A DNA stretch of 42,830 nucleotides from a virus: positions 1-42,830 of IMG/VR virus record IMGVR_UViG_3300009285_000023, one strand, 5' to 3'. This document shows, in pieces, positions 1 through 8,019 of the stretch. The translations under genes were made by a program, and so were the position numbers. A model generated the notes under the pieces. It was not told the DNA's origin, did no database searches, and saw nothing but the letters and a program-made list of their open reading frames with translations. The first letter of the stretch is position 1, and every line of letters starts with the position of its first letter.

Positions 1-77
1 TTGGCAACTTAGAAAAGTCAAAAAGGTAAACAGTGGTTCGCAGGAGTTGTTACCCTCCACTCCAGCGACGAAAGTGG
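1..77. repeat. Terminal overlap, identical to 42754-42830 (circular-assembly redundancy)
   Basis: The first 77 nt and last 77 nt are identical on direct comparison. An ORF reads in frame across the junction. Confidence 0.95.
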
Positions 78-217
78 TGGGGACGCCAGCCACTGACCAT
101 GAAATGTTAGTAGAGATTCTGGATATAGTCCGCAAGCTAAGCGACTCAGTTCCCGATATAGTCGCAGACGTCGACCCAGAGGAAGAAATAGATTTAGACT
201 CTATACCTGATGAATAA
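2..217 (+). CDS. 3' part of a junction-spanning hypothetical protein (5' part at 42563-42830; about 135 aa in total)
   Basis: Frame 2 is open from base 2 to TAA at 215-217. It continues the ORF that starts at ATG 42563, and the frame is conserved through the 77-nt overlap. Confidence 0.6.
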   Translation, partial: WQLRKVKKVNSGSQELLPSTPATKVVGTPATDHEMLVEILDIVRKLSDSVPDIVADVDPEEEIDLDSIPDE

Positions 218-407
218 ATATCTGCAAATCCTGGAGTCCGATGGTCAGGAAAAAGCCAGCCAGTACATGAAACAAGTCCGCTCCCATGTCACTAATCATC
301 CTGGGGGGAGTTTCAAGAACAAGAAATTCGCCCGCCAAGCCCAGTTATTAAGTGCCAAAAAGAGACAACAAAACCGTGAAAAAATCAATCGAAAAAAGAC
401 TGGATAA
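210..407 (+). CDS. Hypothetical small basic protein (65 aa)
   Basis: ATG at 210 overlaps the upstream stop. The C-terminus is Lys/Arg-rich. No motif recognised. Confidence 0.4.
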   Translation: MNKYLQILESDGQEKASQYMKQVRSHVTNHPGGSFKNKKFARQAQLLSAKKRQQNREKINRKKTG

Positions 408-762
408 AGTCTTTTCAGAGTATGTCCGCAAAAAAGAAACCAAGAATGGCTGGGGTAAATGCGTTAGTTGCGGAACTCCCAAATCCTATGAACAACTGGA
501 CGCTGGGCATTTTATCAACCGGAAATGGCGTGCAACTAGGTGGCTGGAGGAAAATGTCCACATCCAATGTATCGCCTGTAACCGTTTCGGAGAAGGCGAC
601 GCCGCTGGCTATGCCCTTTATATGCTTGGAAGGTATGGCCAGAAAAAAGTCGAGTATCTCCAAGCCCTCTCGCGGGAAACAGCCAAATTCACAGACAGTG
701 AAGGGGAGTTGATGATTAAAGACTTTAGACAAAAGCTTGACGAATTAAATAAAAAGATTTAA
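352..762 (+). CDS. ninG: NinG/Rap-like recombination endonuclease
   Basis: The pattern FSEYVRKK...CVSCGT...DAGHF...NVHIQCIACN matches the lambda NinG family (CxxC...DAGH...CxxCN). The start (GTG 352 or GTG 376) is uncertain. Confidence 0.8.
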   Translation: MPKRDNKTVKKSIEKRLDKVFSEYVRKKETKNGWGKCVSCGTPKSYEQLDAGHFINRKWRATRWLEENVHIQCIACNRFGEGDAAGYALYMLGRYGQKKVEYLQALSRETAKFTDSEGELMIKDFRQKLDELNKKI

Positions 763-778
763 GCTCTAAAGTAACTAT

Positions 779-806
779 TTGACTTTATTGCAAAGACAAA
801 TAGCGT
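779..806 (+). promoter_or_regulatory. Possible sigma70-type promoter (TTGACT-N16-TAGCGT)
   Basis: Hexamers read directly, just downstream of the ninG stop. It could drive the ORF-free region. Confidence 0.3.
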
Positions 807-1443
807 TACAGAGCCAAAGAAAAACGGCACATATAGTGCCGCTGACTTTATTGCTACTTATATAATAGCACACAAGTCAAGCCTTTGTAGCCGCACTTTA
901 AAACTTTTCGAGACTACCCTTAGTGGGTAAAAACCCAGGCTCTGCTAGTCCACTAATAAGCGTTCTGACGAATGGTAGGAAATGATCTGACTTATTGTGA
1001 ATGACCCCCTGTTACGGCAACCTGGTCTAATTGCTAAGGGTTTATCGCTTGAGGAGTGACTGTTTTTCAGCACGAGTCTTGATATAAGCCCTTTGCAATA
1101 CTAATTAAGGATGCCACCTCAATCGTTTTAAATCACATCAAACCCTGAATAGCTGCAAGAGCAAAGGGGGTTCTATGGTAGAATTAAATGGGTAGTGGCG
1201 AATATAACAACTGCCTATAGAAAGTAATCTTCGTACGTTGAACTTACTTTCAGACGATGAAGGTAGGATAAAGCCTGCTGGAGGCTGCAATTTCCAGTTT
1301 TCGGGTTACTCGTCAATAAATCCCGACCACTACCCACCGTTAATTATTATAATTCCCCACTCCAACTAACGTAGTTTATACACAGTTTTTCTCACCCACC
1401 TAACAACAACTTTCGTAAGCCATAATTATAAGATTTAGGTAGA

Positions 1444-1471
1444 TTGACATCATATTTGGGTGTGCTAACGT
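1444..1471 (+). promoter_or_regulatory. Possible sigma70-type promoter (TTGACA-N16-TAACGT)
   Basis: Perfect -35 hexamer and a TAnnnT -10, about 45 nt upstream of the 1514 ORF. Confidence 0.4.
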
Positions 1472-1513
1472 GGAAGGGTTATGCAAGGACTTGCTGGGCT
1501 TTAGCCCGCCACT

Positions 1514-2203
1514 TTGAAGCACAAACGTAAGTACGAGTTATTCTTTGAGGATGTGCCATTCAAACCCTTTAAAAACAGGGTAAGGGGTTCTTTGGTCAAA
1601 GACATCCGCAGGGAGTTTTGGTTCGGTGTTATAAATCTAATATATAAAAAACTGAGCGTGGTGTTTCACAGGCTCAGTGGGTTTAACAAGAAAATTATAT
1701 CACGTTTCAAGAAGTGGTATCGCAAACCTCGCAAGCATCTCAAAATTGAAATACACCTGACGTGGACTAAAGTGTTTATCTTGTGTTTACTGGGGGCGGT
1801 CTGGTGGCCGAACCAACAACAAGTGATTGCCGAACCCCTACCAATACCGGAACTCAAGCGCTACGAGGCCATAGACCCCCTTATAATCGATGAACAACCC
1901 AAAGTCGAGTATTTACCTATTATCGAGTCAGAACCCGTTACAACGGCTTATAATGTGCCGGATTGTAATGGCTATGGTGGGGCAGCGGAGGAGCTTATAA
2001 ATAGAGAATCTAGGTGCGACCCTTACGCTCAAAACCCATTTAGCGGCGCCTGCGGGATAGCACAGGAGTTGCCCTGTGGTAAGAGCGGATGTACCTGGGG
2101 CGACGGGAACTGCCAATTAAGATGGATGGAGTCTTACGTCGTCGAAAGATACGGAAGCTGGGAGAACGCCCTAGCTTTTCACGATAGAAACGGATGGTAT
2201 TAG
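1514..2203 (+). CDS. Membrane-anchored transglycosylase-like protein (Apf C-terminal / SLT-like domain)
   Basis: C-terminal motif ESRCDPYAQNPFSGACGIAQ...RYGSWENALAFHDRNGWY resembles Gram-positive transglycosylase-like domains. TM helix VFILCLLGAVWW. The start is uncertain (TTG at 1514). Confidence 0.65.
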   Translation: MKHKRKYELFFEDVPFKPFKNRVRGSLVKDIRREFWFGVINLIYKKLSVVFHRLSGFNKKIISRFKKWYRKPRKHLKIEIHLTWTKVFILCLLGAVWWPNQQQVIAEPLPIPELKRYEAIDPLIIDEQPKVEYLPIIESEPVTTAYNVPDCNGYGGAAEELINRESRCDPYAQNPFSGACGIAQELPCGKSGCTWGDGNCQLRWMESYVVERYGSWENALAFHDRNGWY

Positions 2204-2327
2204 TCAACGCCTTGGCCATAACAAAGAGATAATCAACAAGACAGTCGCGAAAACGAAGTACCACATAACAAGTTCAACTATAAAACTCATTGATAGACCT
2301 CCTTTTTTGGAGTAATATGGAAGGTCT

Positions 2328-2543
2328 ATGATTCGTGTATTCACTAACAGAAACTGTTCTTATTGTGGGATGGTTAAGCGGTTTCTTACCTACAAAAAGG
2401 TTACTTATAAAGAGATAGATATTGATAAACACCCCGAAGAATACCCGTCCGGTTATGCTACTGTGCCATTGACGATTATCGGTAAGCAGATTATTGTTGG
2501 CTATAATATTCCTCAACTTTCCGAAGCCCTTGAAACTAATTAA
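2328..2543 (+). CDS. nrdH: NrdH-like glutaredoxin/thioredoxin-fold protein
   Basis: 71 aa with an N-terminal CSYC (CxxC) followed by a VPLTIIGKQIIVGYN thioredoxin-fold signature. Confidence 0.75.
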   Translation: MIRVFTNRNCSYCGMVKRFLTYKKVTYKEIDIDKHPEEYPSGYATVPLTIIGKQIIVGYNIPQLSEALETN

Positions 2544-3297
2544 CGAAGTGGACATCAGTCGTCTCCCGTAACCGCTGGGTGCTATAGCCCCCGCAGCTCT
2601 GACATTGGTATTGGATTGCCCAGCCGACTTTAGCGTACTTGCGTTTTTTGTTCCTTATCATTGGTCCACCGCCGCATTTCGGGCAAGCCTCGCGTCCATC
2701 TGTCATCAGGTTGATGGGCGGATGGTTCTCGACATAAGGCCGGAGTTCCAGATACCACTCTTCAAGCCGCTGGACGTCAATCTTGTTGTATTTTTTCATT
2801 AGGGCTAGTTGTTTTTTATCGCCACTATGCGCTCCTAGCCAAAATTCCTCAAAATCCCCGTGCTTGAGTTTTCTGCCGGTTCCCATGAAGTTACCTATAT
2901 CATCCAATTTGTTGGAAGTCAGACGGGCATATTTTTTGCCTAGTTGTTTGGTATCTAGTTGCTTGAAAGGCACTGGCGGACCTAAGCGGTGGTATAGGAA
3001 TCTAGCTCCCATCATTTTATCGTCGAAACTCTTTGAGTTGTGCCCCAGAACTACGTCGGCTTCATTGAATAGATTGTGAACGTGTTTAACTAACTCTAAA
3101 TCGTTGCATTTGTCTTTTTTATATCTCCTGAAGTCATCTAGCCCTAAAACGTGTATCTTATTTTCGTCCAGCCACTTCCAAGCTACGGTTAGTAGGTGCG
3201 GGTAGTGTTCAATGTGTAAAATCTGAGCTTCGTATACCGGCCCGAATGTCCAGCCGAGTATTCCAATGTTTTCTATATCGTAAAGTAAAAAACGCAT
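2536..3297 (-). CDS. DEDD-type 3'-5' exonuclease (RNase H-like) with a C-terminal zinc ribbon
   Basis: YDIE (Exo I) and GHNSKSFD (Exo II). C-terminal CPKCGG...CQSCGG. Confidence 0.7.
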   Translation of the reverse strand: MRFLLYDIENIGILGWTFGPVYEAQILHIEHYPHLLTVAWKWLDENKIHVLGLDDFRRYKKDKCNDLELVKHVHNLFNEADVVLGHNSKSFDDKMMGARFLYHRLGPPVPFKQLDTKQLGKKYARLTSNKLDDIGNFMGTGRKLKHGDFEEFWLGAHSGDKKQLALMKKYNKIDVQRLEEWYLELRPYVENHPPINLMTDGREACPKCGGGPMIRNKKRKYAKVGWAIQYQCQSCGGYSTQRLRETTDVHFVN

Positions 3298-3398
3298 ACA
3301 GCTCCCTTCCTGCTTAGCAGGAAGCTGCCGGTAAAAGAGAGTTTGGAGGTGGGCTTGAGGAACCGGCAGCTCTCTGCTGAGTAGATTTAATCAGTCCA

Positions 3399-3482
3399 TC
3401 AATAACCTCCGTGCAAAAGTAAATATAATTGGATTATCAGAATAATAACTGTCCCTAAAGTTCTAACTGTTTCAAGCGTCAT
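3399..3482 (-). CDS. 27-aa hydrophobic peptide
   Basis: ATGA start/stop overlap with the upstream gene. Translation MTLETVRTLGTVIILIIQLYLLLHGGY. Confidence 0.3.
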   Translation of the reverse strand: MTLETVRTLGTVIILIIQLYLLLHGGY

Positions 3483-3709
3483 GTTAAATCCTTTATATCA
3501 AGTACACTATCGATGGGAAGACACAGGGCGTCGCCGACATCTTCATTACCTTCCTGGACGGACTGGACGATAATGAGCTGTTCTTTGTCTTGGAGTAATA
3601 AATAGCCTATAGACCGACATAGTTGGGGTAGGGTGGCCAGAGCTTCCTCACGGGTCAACCAGCCCGAAGCGGTATTAGCGTCCTTCCAAAGAACCTCAAT
3701 CGCTCGCAT
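3479..3709 (-). CDS. Hypothetical protein (76 aa)
   Basis: ORF overlapping the upstream gene by 14 nt in a co-directional gene string. No motif recognised. Confidence 0.5.
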   Translation of the reverse strand: MRAIEVLWKDANTASGWLTREEALATLPQLCRSIGYLLLQDKEQLIIVQSVQEGNEDVGDALCLPIDSVLDIKDLT

Positions 3710-3923
3710 GGTCTATCTCTAAGGGTATTATCTTAACTTCTTTACCGAGAGTCAGTCGGATAAACTCCTCTGACCGCCAAACTTCAGGGTCATAAATATC
3801 CTCGACTTCAAGGATATTTAACCTCTCCAATCTGGCTTTAAGAAACCCCAAATAATTTTCTATATCACGGCTTTCCCTTATCAGCCGGTCTTTTTCGAGT
3901 TCATGGGTCGTCAGACTTTCCAC
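3696..3923 (-). CDS. Hypothetical protein (75 aa)
   Basis: ORF in a co-directional gene string. Predicted helical. Confidence 0.5.
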   Translation of the reverse strand: MESLTTHELEKDRLIRESRDIENYLGFLKARLERLNILEVEDIYDPEVWRSEEFIRLTLGKEVKIIPLEIDHASD

Positions 3924-4053
3924 AATAGATACCCTCCTAATGCTAACGCCCCGACCGATACAGCTAACATGGTTTTGACGGGAATTTCCACCCCCATCTC
4001 CGGTTTTTGGGGTTTAAGGGGGTATGTCGTATTACCGCTGGCTCGTCGTTCTA

Positions 4054-5079
4054 TCATCGTATTTGCTCGCTTTCTATTAGATAATCGGCCAAGACTTTAC
4101 CGCCACCGACAGTCAGAAATCGCTGGCAGGCTGGAGCTGGTAAACGGGTTCCGGCGAGGGAAAAATCATCTTTTCCTTTGAGCGCACCATTAACAAATAG
4201 GCTGCCGCTACCTAGATTCAATCTAGTTGGAGTGTGAAAGTGGTGAAGCATCATATCATCAAAGTCACCAACCTGGTCTCGCATATTTCCCCACTTCCAG
4301 CCCTCTTTCATAAATCCATATACGGGAAGACCCATCGAGTTTTGCTGTTTGATAGTGTCGCCGTGCATAACTAAAAACTTCCGCTCCTCGACATTTATTA
4401 TTGTCCAAAAACTTTCAGGCGTATGGAACTTTAGGTTGGGTTGGTTGACGCCTTTGGCTTCTAACATTTTATACAGCATAAAGTCTAAAGATTCAATCTG
4501 CTTGCGGTTATAAAAGGGGACACGGTACATCCGGGGATGGTTGCCGGAGACACCCACGAAGTTGACCTCTGGAAAGGCTTGGCAAAGTTTTTCCAACCCC
4601 CCATACATCATCTCGGCACACTCTAAGGTCTGCTCAATCGGCATGACCTCGTTGGAGCGGCTCAAATCATCGTGGATGTCTCCCGAAATCATATCGCCCC
4701 CACCAATTACCCAGATTGAGGAGATTTTATGTTCTTTGCCTAAACGGATAGCTTCCTTAACTGTGTAATCAAATCTGGCTTTGGCTATTTCTGGGCTGTA
4801 CTCGGCCACCCCTCCGGTGCTTCTACTTGTAACGAGTTCCCCATAATGAACGTCACCTATGTCCAAAATACCTGATGTTTTGACGGCCAGACGACCCAAT
4901 TTTAAGGCTTTGGCTGGCGGAACTTCCCTGCGGGCTGGCACGACCTCTTTTAGAGCGTCAATTACCAATCGGGTCTGCGAATCGGCACGAGCGTTATCCC
5001 GTAAAAGTTTGCGGGTATCAGCTAGTTCCTGTTTAAGCCGCTCGACTTCGCCTATCTGCTCATAGCTTTTAGTTTCCAT
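4054..5079 (-). CDS. Calcineurin-like metallophosphoesterase (Mre11/SbcD-like)
   Basis: Ordered motifs GDVHYG, GGGDMISGD, SGNHP, MHGD and HHFHTP. Confidence 0.8.
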   Translation of the reverse strand: METKSYEQIGEVERLKQELADTRKLLRDNARADSQTRLVIDALKEVVPARREVPPAKALKLGRLAVKTSGILDIGDVHYGELVTSRSTGGVAEYSPEIAKARFDYTVKEAIRLGKEHKISSIWVIGGGDMISGDIHDDLSRSNEVMPIEQTLECAEMMYGGLEKLCQAFPEVNFVGVSGNHPRMYRVPFYNRKQIESLDFMLYKMLEAKGVNQPNLKFHTPESFWTIINVEERKFLVMHGDTIKQQNSMGLPVYGFMKEGWKWGNMRDQVGDFDDMMLHHFHTPTRLNLGSGSLFVNGALKGKDDFSLAGTRLPAPACQRFLTVGGGKVLADYLIESEQIR

Positions 5080-5479
5080 CGAAATCCTCCCTTAGAGCTT
5101 TGGCTAAATCTGAGTGCAGATGTTCGTCATCATCCAGGGCATGGCCAATTAGGTGTTGGGTATATAGTTCGGTCTCTGCTTTGGTAGGTTCGTCTTCGAT
5201 TAGAACTGGCGGGTTCCAGTCAGTTTGGTCTTTAAAAGTTCCATGACTACGTTCGGCTAGTTGTAACTCTCGCTGGTCGACCGGGTGTAAAGCTATCCCC
5301 CCAATCCATCTAGCCACTAGAGGGTTAAAACTCCACCAATGTTCCTGTGCATCATCATCTCGCACTTCCCAGTAATCGAGGTAATCGTATTCAGGCTTGT
5401 TACGAAACAGAGCCACCCCACAGTTCTCACGGGTCAGGTATTTAATCTCGCCATCTATGGCGATGCCGTAATCTTTCAT
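5069..5479 (-). CDS. Hypothetical protein (136 aa)
   Basis: ORF overlapping both neighbours. No motif recognised. Confidence 0.5.
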   Translation of the reverse strand: MKDYGIAIDGEIKYLTRENCGVALFRNKPEYDYLDYWEVRDDDAQEHWWSFNPLVARWIGGIALHPVDQRELQLAERSHGTFKDQTDWNPPVLIEDEPTKAETELYTQHLIGHALDDDEHLHSDLAKALREDFDGN

Positions 5480-5766
5480 GGCCTGCCTAGCGGCCTAACG
5501 GCCAGTTCTCTGCGGGTACGTTCCGCCTCTACACAGTAGCGCATGACTTCTTTGGTCGGTTTGGGTGGCGGTTGGTCTAAAAGATGGAGTTCGTGTTCCT
5601 CTTGGGCGCACATTGGCACACGATTAGTCCACAACTCCCTAAACTCTACTTCTAGTTTGGTTTTATAAGCACTTTCAGGGAACCAGATATGGTGCTGCAC
5701 TACGGTACAGCCGCGTTTGCTTAGTCTACGAGGGCAGTCTGCCCTAGCTTTTGGGCAACGCTCCAT
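5476..5766 (-). CDS. Cys/His-rich protein, possibly an HNH-like fold
   Basis: CPKARADCP...C..VQHHIW...NRVPMC..EEHELH resembles a degenerate HNH pattern. Weak call. Confidence 0.35.
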   Translation of the reverse strand: MERCPKARADCPRRLSKRGCTVVQHHIWFPESAYKTKLEVEFRELWTNRVPMCAQEEHELHLLDQPPPKPTKEVMRYCVEAERTRRELAVRPLGRP

Positions 5767-5773
5767 CTCATAC

Positions 5774-5956
5774 CTACAACGTCTCTTTTACGAATGTCTT
5801 GAGAGCCGAGATACCGGCTGCGAGTGCCGCAGCTCGGGTAGTTACACCACCGGAAACTGGCGTAACTAAGGCAACGGCAGCGAATGCCTGGACAAAAGTC
5901 CAAGCGGCGCGTTCCAATAAGTCGCTAAACTTCTTTTGGGTTGCTTTTTTCATCAT
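5774..5956 (-). CDS. Putative holin (r1t-holin-like)
   Basis: 60 aa with an ERAAWTFVQAFAAVALV motif and a second hydrophobic segment. It lies directly downstream of the lysin gene. Confidence 0.55.
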   Translation of the reverse strand: MMKKATQKKFSDLLERAAWTFVQAFAAVALVTPVSGGVTTRAAALAAGISALKTFVKETL

Positions 5957-5961
5957 TACTC

Positions 5962-6597
5962 CTAACTTATTAGTTGCTTAATCAGAGCCTTGAGGGTCTG
6001 CCATTTAGTGCCATCTCCAGCGGCAGCCTGGGCAATCTCTAACTTACGAGTTAAATCATTCACGGTTCTGTTCTTGGCATCAATATTAGATAACGCCTCA
6101 TCGGTGGCGGCGACCTCGTCTTTTACTCTTGATGGGTCAACGCCCGCCCCATTCCATAACCTGTCTAAAAGCCCTCGTCTAATGTTTGCGATTACGTCTC
6201 CTTGATTCATATTTCCCTTTCTTCTTAAATAACCTATTGGTGAACCTACGGGTCTGATAGCGACCGGCTTGAAAACTGGCGTACCGAGCTGTCCGGCAAC
6301 CCTTCCACTACCTATGTAAACCGCTACGTCACCGTACTTAGTACCATTATAAACCGCTATGTCACCGACTTTCGGCACATTAACTTTATCATAATACTTG
6401 GCCATCGCCGGAGTAAATTTTAGCCACATGTTCTTAGCTTTGTCTTCGGGGACGTATAGAACCGAATCGGCGTTTGGCACGTCCTGGGCTTCCTGAGCAT
6501 AGCGTTTGATAAACGACACGCACTCGCCTCGGTAGTTGCCGGAGTTATCAGCTATCTGCTGACCTAGATATTGATTAGCCCAAGCGTTAGCGCTCAT
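5962..6597 (-). CDS. CHAP-like peptidoglycan hydrolase (putative endolysin) lacking any histidine
   Basis: GECVSF (catalytic Cys context) and GDIAVY...YGDVAVYIG (Asp where CHAP/NlpC enzymes have GHV). It sits in the lysis cassette. Confidence 0.55.
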   Translation of the reverse strand: MSANAWANQYLGQQIADNSGNYRGECVSFIKRYAQEAQDVPNADSVLYVPEDKAKNMWLKFTPAMAKYYDKVNVPKVGDIAVYNGTKYGDVAVYIGSGRVAGQLGTPVFKPVAIRPVGSPIGYLRRKGNMNQGDVIANIRRGLLDRLWNGAGVDPSRVKDEVAATDEALSNIDAKNRTVNDLTRKLEIAQAAAGDGTKWQTLKALIKQLIS

Positions 6598-6598
6598 T

Positions 6599-6814
6599 CT
6601 ACCACCATTTGTTAATTGCTATCTGCACAAGAGTCAGTAGGACGAACAAAGCGCCTGAAGCATAAGCTAGTCGGAGGTTAATCTTTTGGATTTTAACATC
6701 GAGATTGTTCAAGGCCGTAGGTATATGGTTTTCAACAGCTCTTTTTACAAACTTCATATCAGCTTCTAGGGTTGCCAAGCGTTCAATTTCTTTAACTGTC
6801 ATGTTATTCACCAA
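6599..6814 (-). CDS. Tail-anchored membrane protein (holin/spanin-like accessory)
   Basis: Helical N-terminus and C-terminal TM ASGALFVLLTLVQIAI. Adjacent to the lysin. Confidence 0.45.
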   Translation of the reverse strand: MVNNMTVKEIERLATLEADMKFVKRAVENHIPTALNNLDVKIQKINLRLAYASGALFVLLTLVQIAINKWW

Positions 6815-6959
6815 GTCTTATTCTTACGCCATGGGTTCGGATAGTCTTTAGAGCTTTTTTAGGTAGGGACTTCCTGGGAGTTTCTTTTTCCCATCTTTTA
6901 GCAATTTCAAGATGTTTAGCCCACATAAATTTTCTCTGAGCTTCACTCTTGAACGGCAT
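6804..6959 (-). CDS. DUF3008-like small phage protein
   Basis: MPFKSEAQRKFMWA...LPKK motif. An internal ATG at 6959 is chosen because the upstream ORF ends at 6961. Confidence 0.5.
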   Translation of the reverse strand: MPFKSEAQRKFMWAKHLEIAKRWEKETPRKSLPKKALKTIRTHGVRIRLGE

Positions 6960-6960
6960 T

Positions 6961-7167
6961 TTAGACCTTCTTAGATTTAGCCAAGTTAGATGTGCCAGAA
7001 GCCGTAGTCTTAGCCATAGTTGTATTCTTGGCCCGCATCTGAAAACCGCCCATTTTAGGCTGGCCATCTGACATTGAACTAGTCTGCGCTCGATAAGAAG
7101 TATCAACACTATCAATCATGTGCTTCTCAGCTTTTGAATCCGTAGCATGTTTATGGGTCTTGCTCAT
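6961..7167 (-). CDS. Hypothetical protein (68 aa)
   Basis: ATG preceded by AAAGGAAA. Hydrophilic. Confidence 0.45.
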   Translation of the reverse strand: MSKTHKHATDSKAEKHMIDSVDTSYRAQTSSMSDGQPKMGGFQMRAKNTTMAKTTASGTSNLAKSKKV

Positions 7168-7193
7168 TATATTTCCTTTCTTTAGTTAGCTCT

Positions 7194-7961
7194 TTAGTTA
7201 GCCTCATAGCCACCACCAGCAGTAAACTGGTCGGCATTACCGAAAGTGAAGGGGTTTGTGGTACTGGCCTCAGCACCAAAAACAGCGTTGGTCCCAGCCG
7301 CATTTACCGGTCGCATATGGGCCTGACTAGAAGCTGCATAGGTTATTTTAGCGTCATAAAGGTTATTAGCAGCATCTAAAAAAGCTCCCCTAGCGTCAAG
7401 AATGTCATCTGCGGCATAGTCTGAACTAGCAGCAATCGGTAGAGTCCAAGTGATAGCACCGCCAATATTAGCTCCATTCATAACATATTTAAGTCGCCAT
7501 TTAACATCTTTACCGTCTTGATTGTATTTGGCGTAGCTCAATGACCCGCCGCTGACATTACTGAAGGTCGGTGTCCATGATTGCCATGCCCATGTTGAAC
7601 CGGTGCCAGCGGCTAGATTAGAGGGTTTGATTGAACCAGCAGCCATACCTGTTCCGTCTTGTAGGGCTTCCCACATTTCAGCTACGGTGTTCATTTCAAC
7701 TGTCGAGTTGATGGCATGGGAGGCAGCGGTTGTACCGCCCACGCCTCGTCCAGCAGCAGCCGAAGGGCAGACTACAGCCGAACCAGTCTTCGAAGTGTAA
7801 TAAATTATCTCCCTAGCTGTCGAAGAATCGGGTTCAATGACCAGATAACCCTCTGAAGCTGTTGGTAGGGCATTAAGCGAGATAGTCGTATCTGATGCTG
7901 TAATGCCAGCGCTCAAAGTCGTTGAAAAGAAATTGTCGTACCCTAGAGCCGTGGTTGCCAC
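7194..7961 (-). CDS. Tail fibre / receptor-binding protein
   Basis: N-terminal TISLNALP...GYLVIE...REIIYY...RGVGGTTAASH pattern, common in phage fibre N-domains. Located just upstream of the lysis genes. GTG start with an AAGGA RBS. Confidence 0.55.
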   Translation of the reverse strand: MATTALGYDNFFSTTLSAGITASDTTISLNALPTASEGYLVIEPDSSTAREIIYYTSKTGSAVVCPSAAAGRGVGGTTAASHAINSTVEMNTVAEMWEALQDGTGMAAGSIKPSNLAAGTGSTWAWQSWTPTFSNVSGGSLSYAKYNQDGKDVKWRLKYVMNGANIGGAITWTLPIAASSDYAADDILDARGAFLDAANNLYDAKITYAASSQAHMRPVNAAGTNAVFGAEASTTNPFTFGNADQFTAGGGYEAN

Positions 7962-8019
7962 AATAATCCTTGGGTTGAGGACATTTGCAGATTACATTTG
8001 AGGACAGTGTAACATACTT

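Larger units (their letters stand above)
763..1513 (+). ncRNA. ORF-free, stem-rich region; candidate large structured RNA, family unknown
   Basis: No ORF of 60 aa or more in six frames; the longest ATG ORFs I found on the plus strand are about 10 codons. Several long complementary segments are listed in the findings. Both flanking genes are on the plus strand. Confidence 0.3.

Noticed and set aside
1-77. The 77-nt terminal repeat as a genuine phage direct terminal repeat
   Set aside because: The length matches a common assembler k-mer, and an ORF reads straight through the junction. It is more parsimoniously an assembly overlap. This cannot be fully excluded without reads.
2204-2327. CTCC-TTTTTT-GGAG near 2300 as a terminator after the transglycosylase gene
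   Set aside because: The stem is only 4 bp. The alternative TAGACCT/AGGTCTA pairing spans the nrdH RBS instead. This is too weak to call.
2274-2555. 93-aa minus-strand ORF overlapping the nrdH-like gene
   Set aside because: The plus-strand frame has a clear CxxC thioredoxin-fold signature, while the minus-strand translation has no features.
6804-7115. Long N-terminal extensions of tracked ORFs (6804-7115, 15556-16323, 33040-33378, 25849-26520, 29697-31457)
   Set aside because: The extensions overlap the upstream gene or are translated repeat DNA. Internal starts with an RBS or an ATGA coupling fit better, so the shortened coordinates are reported.
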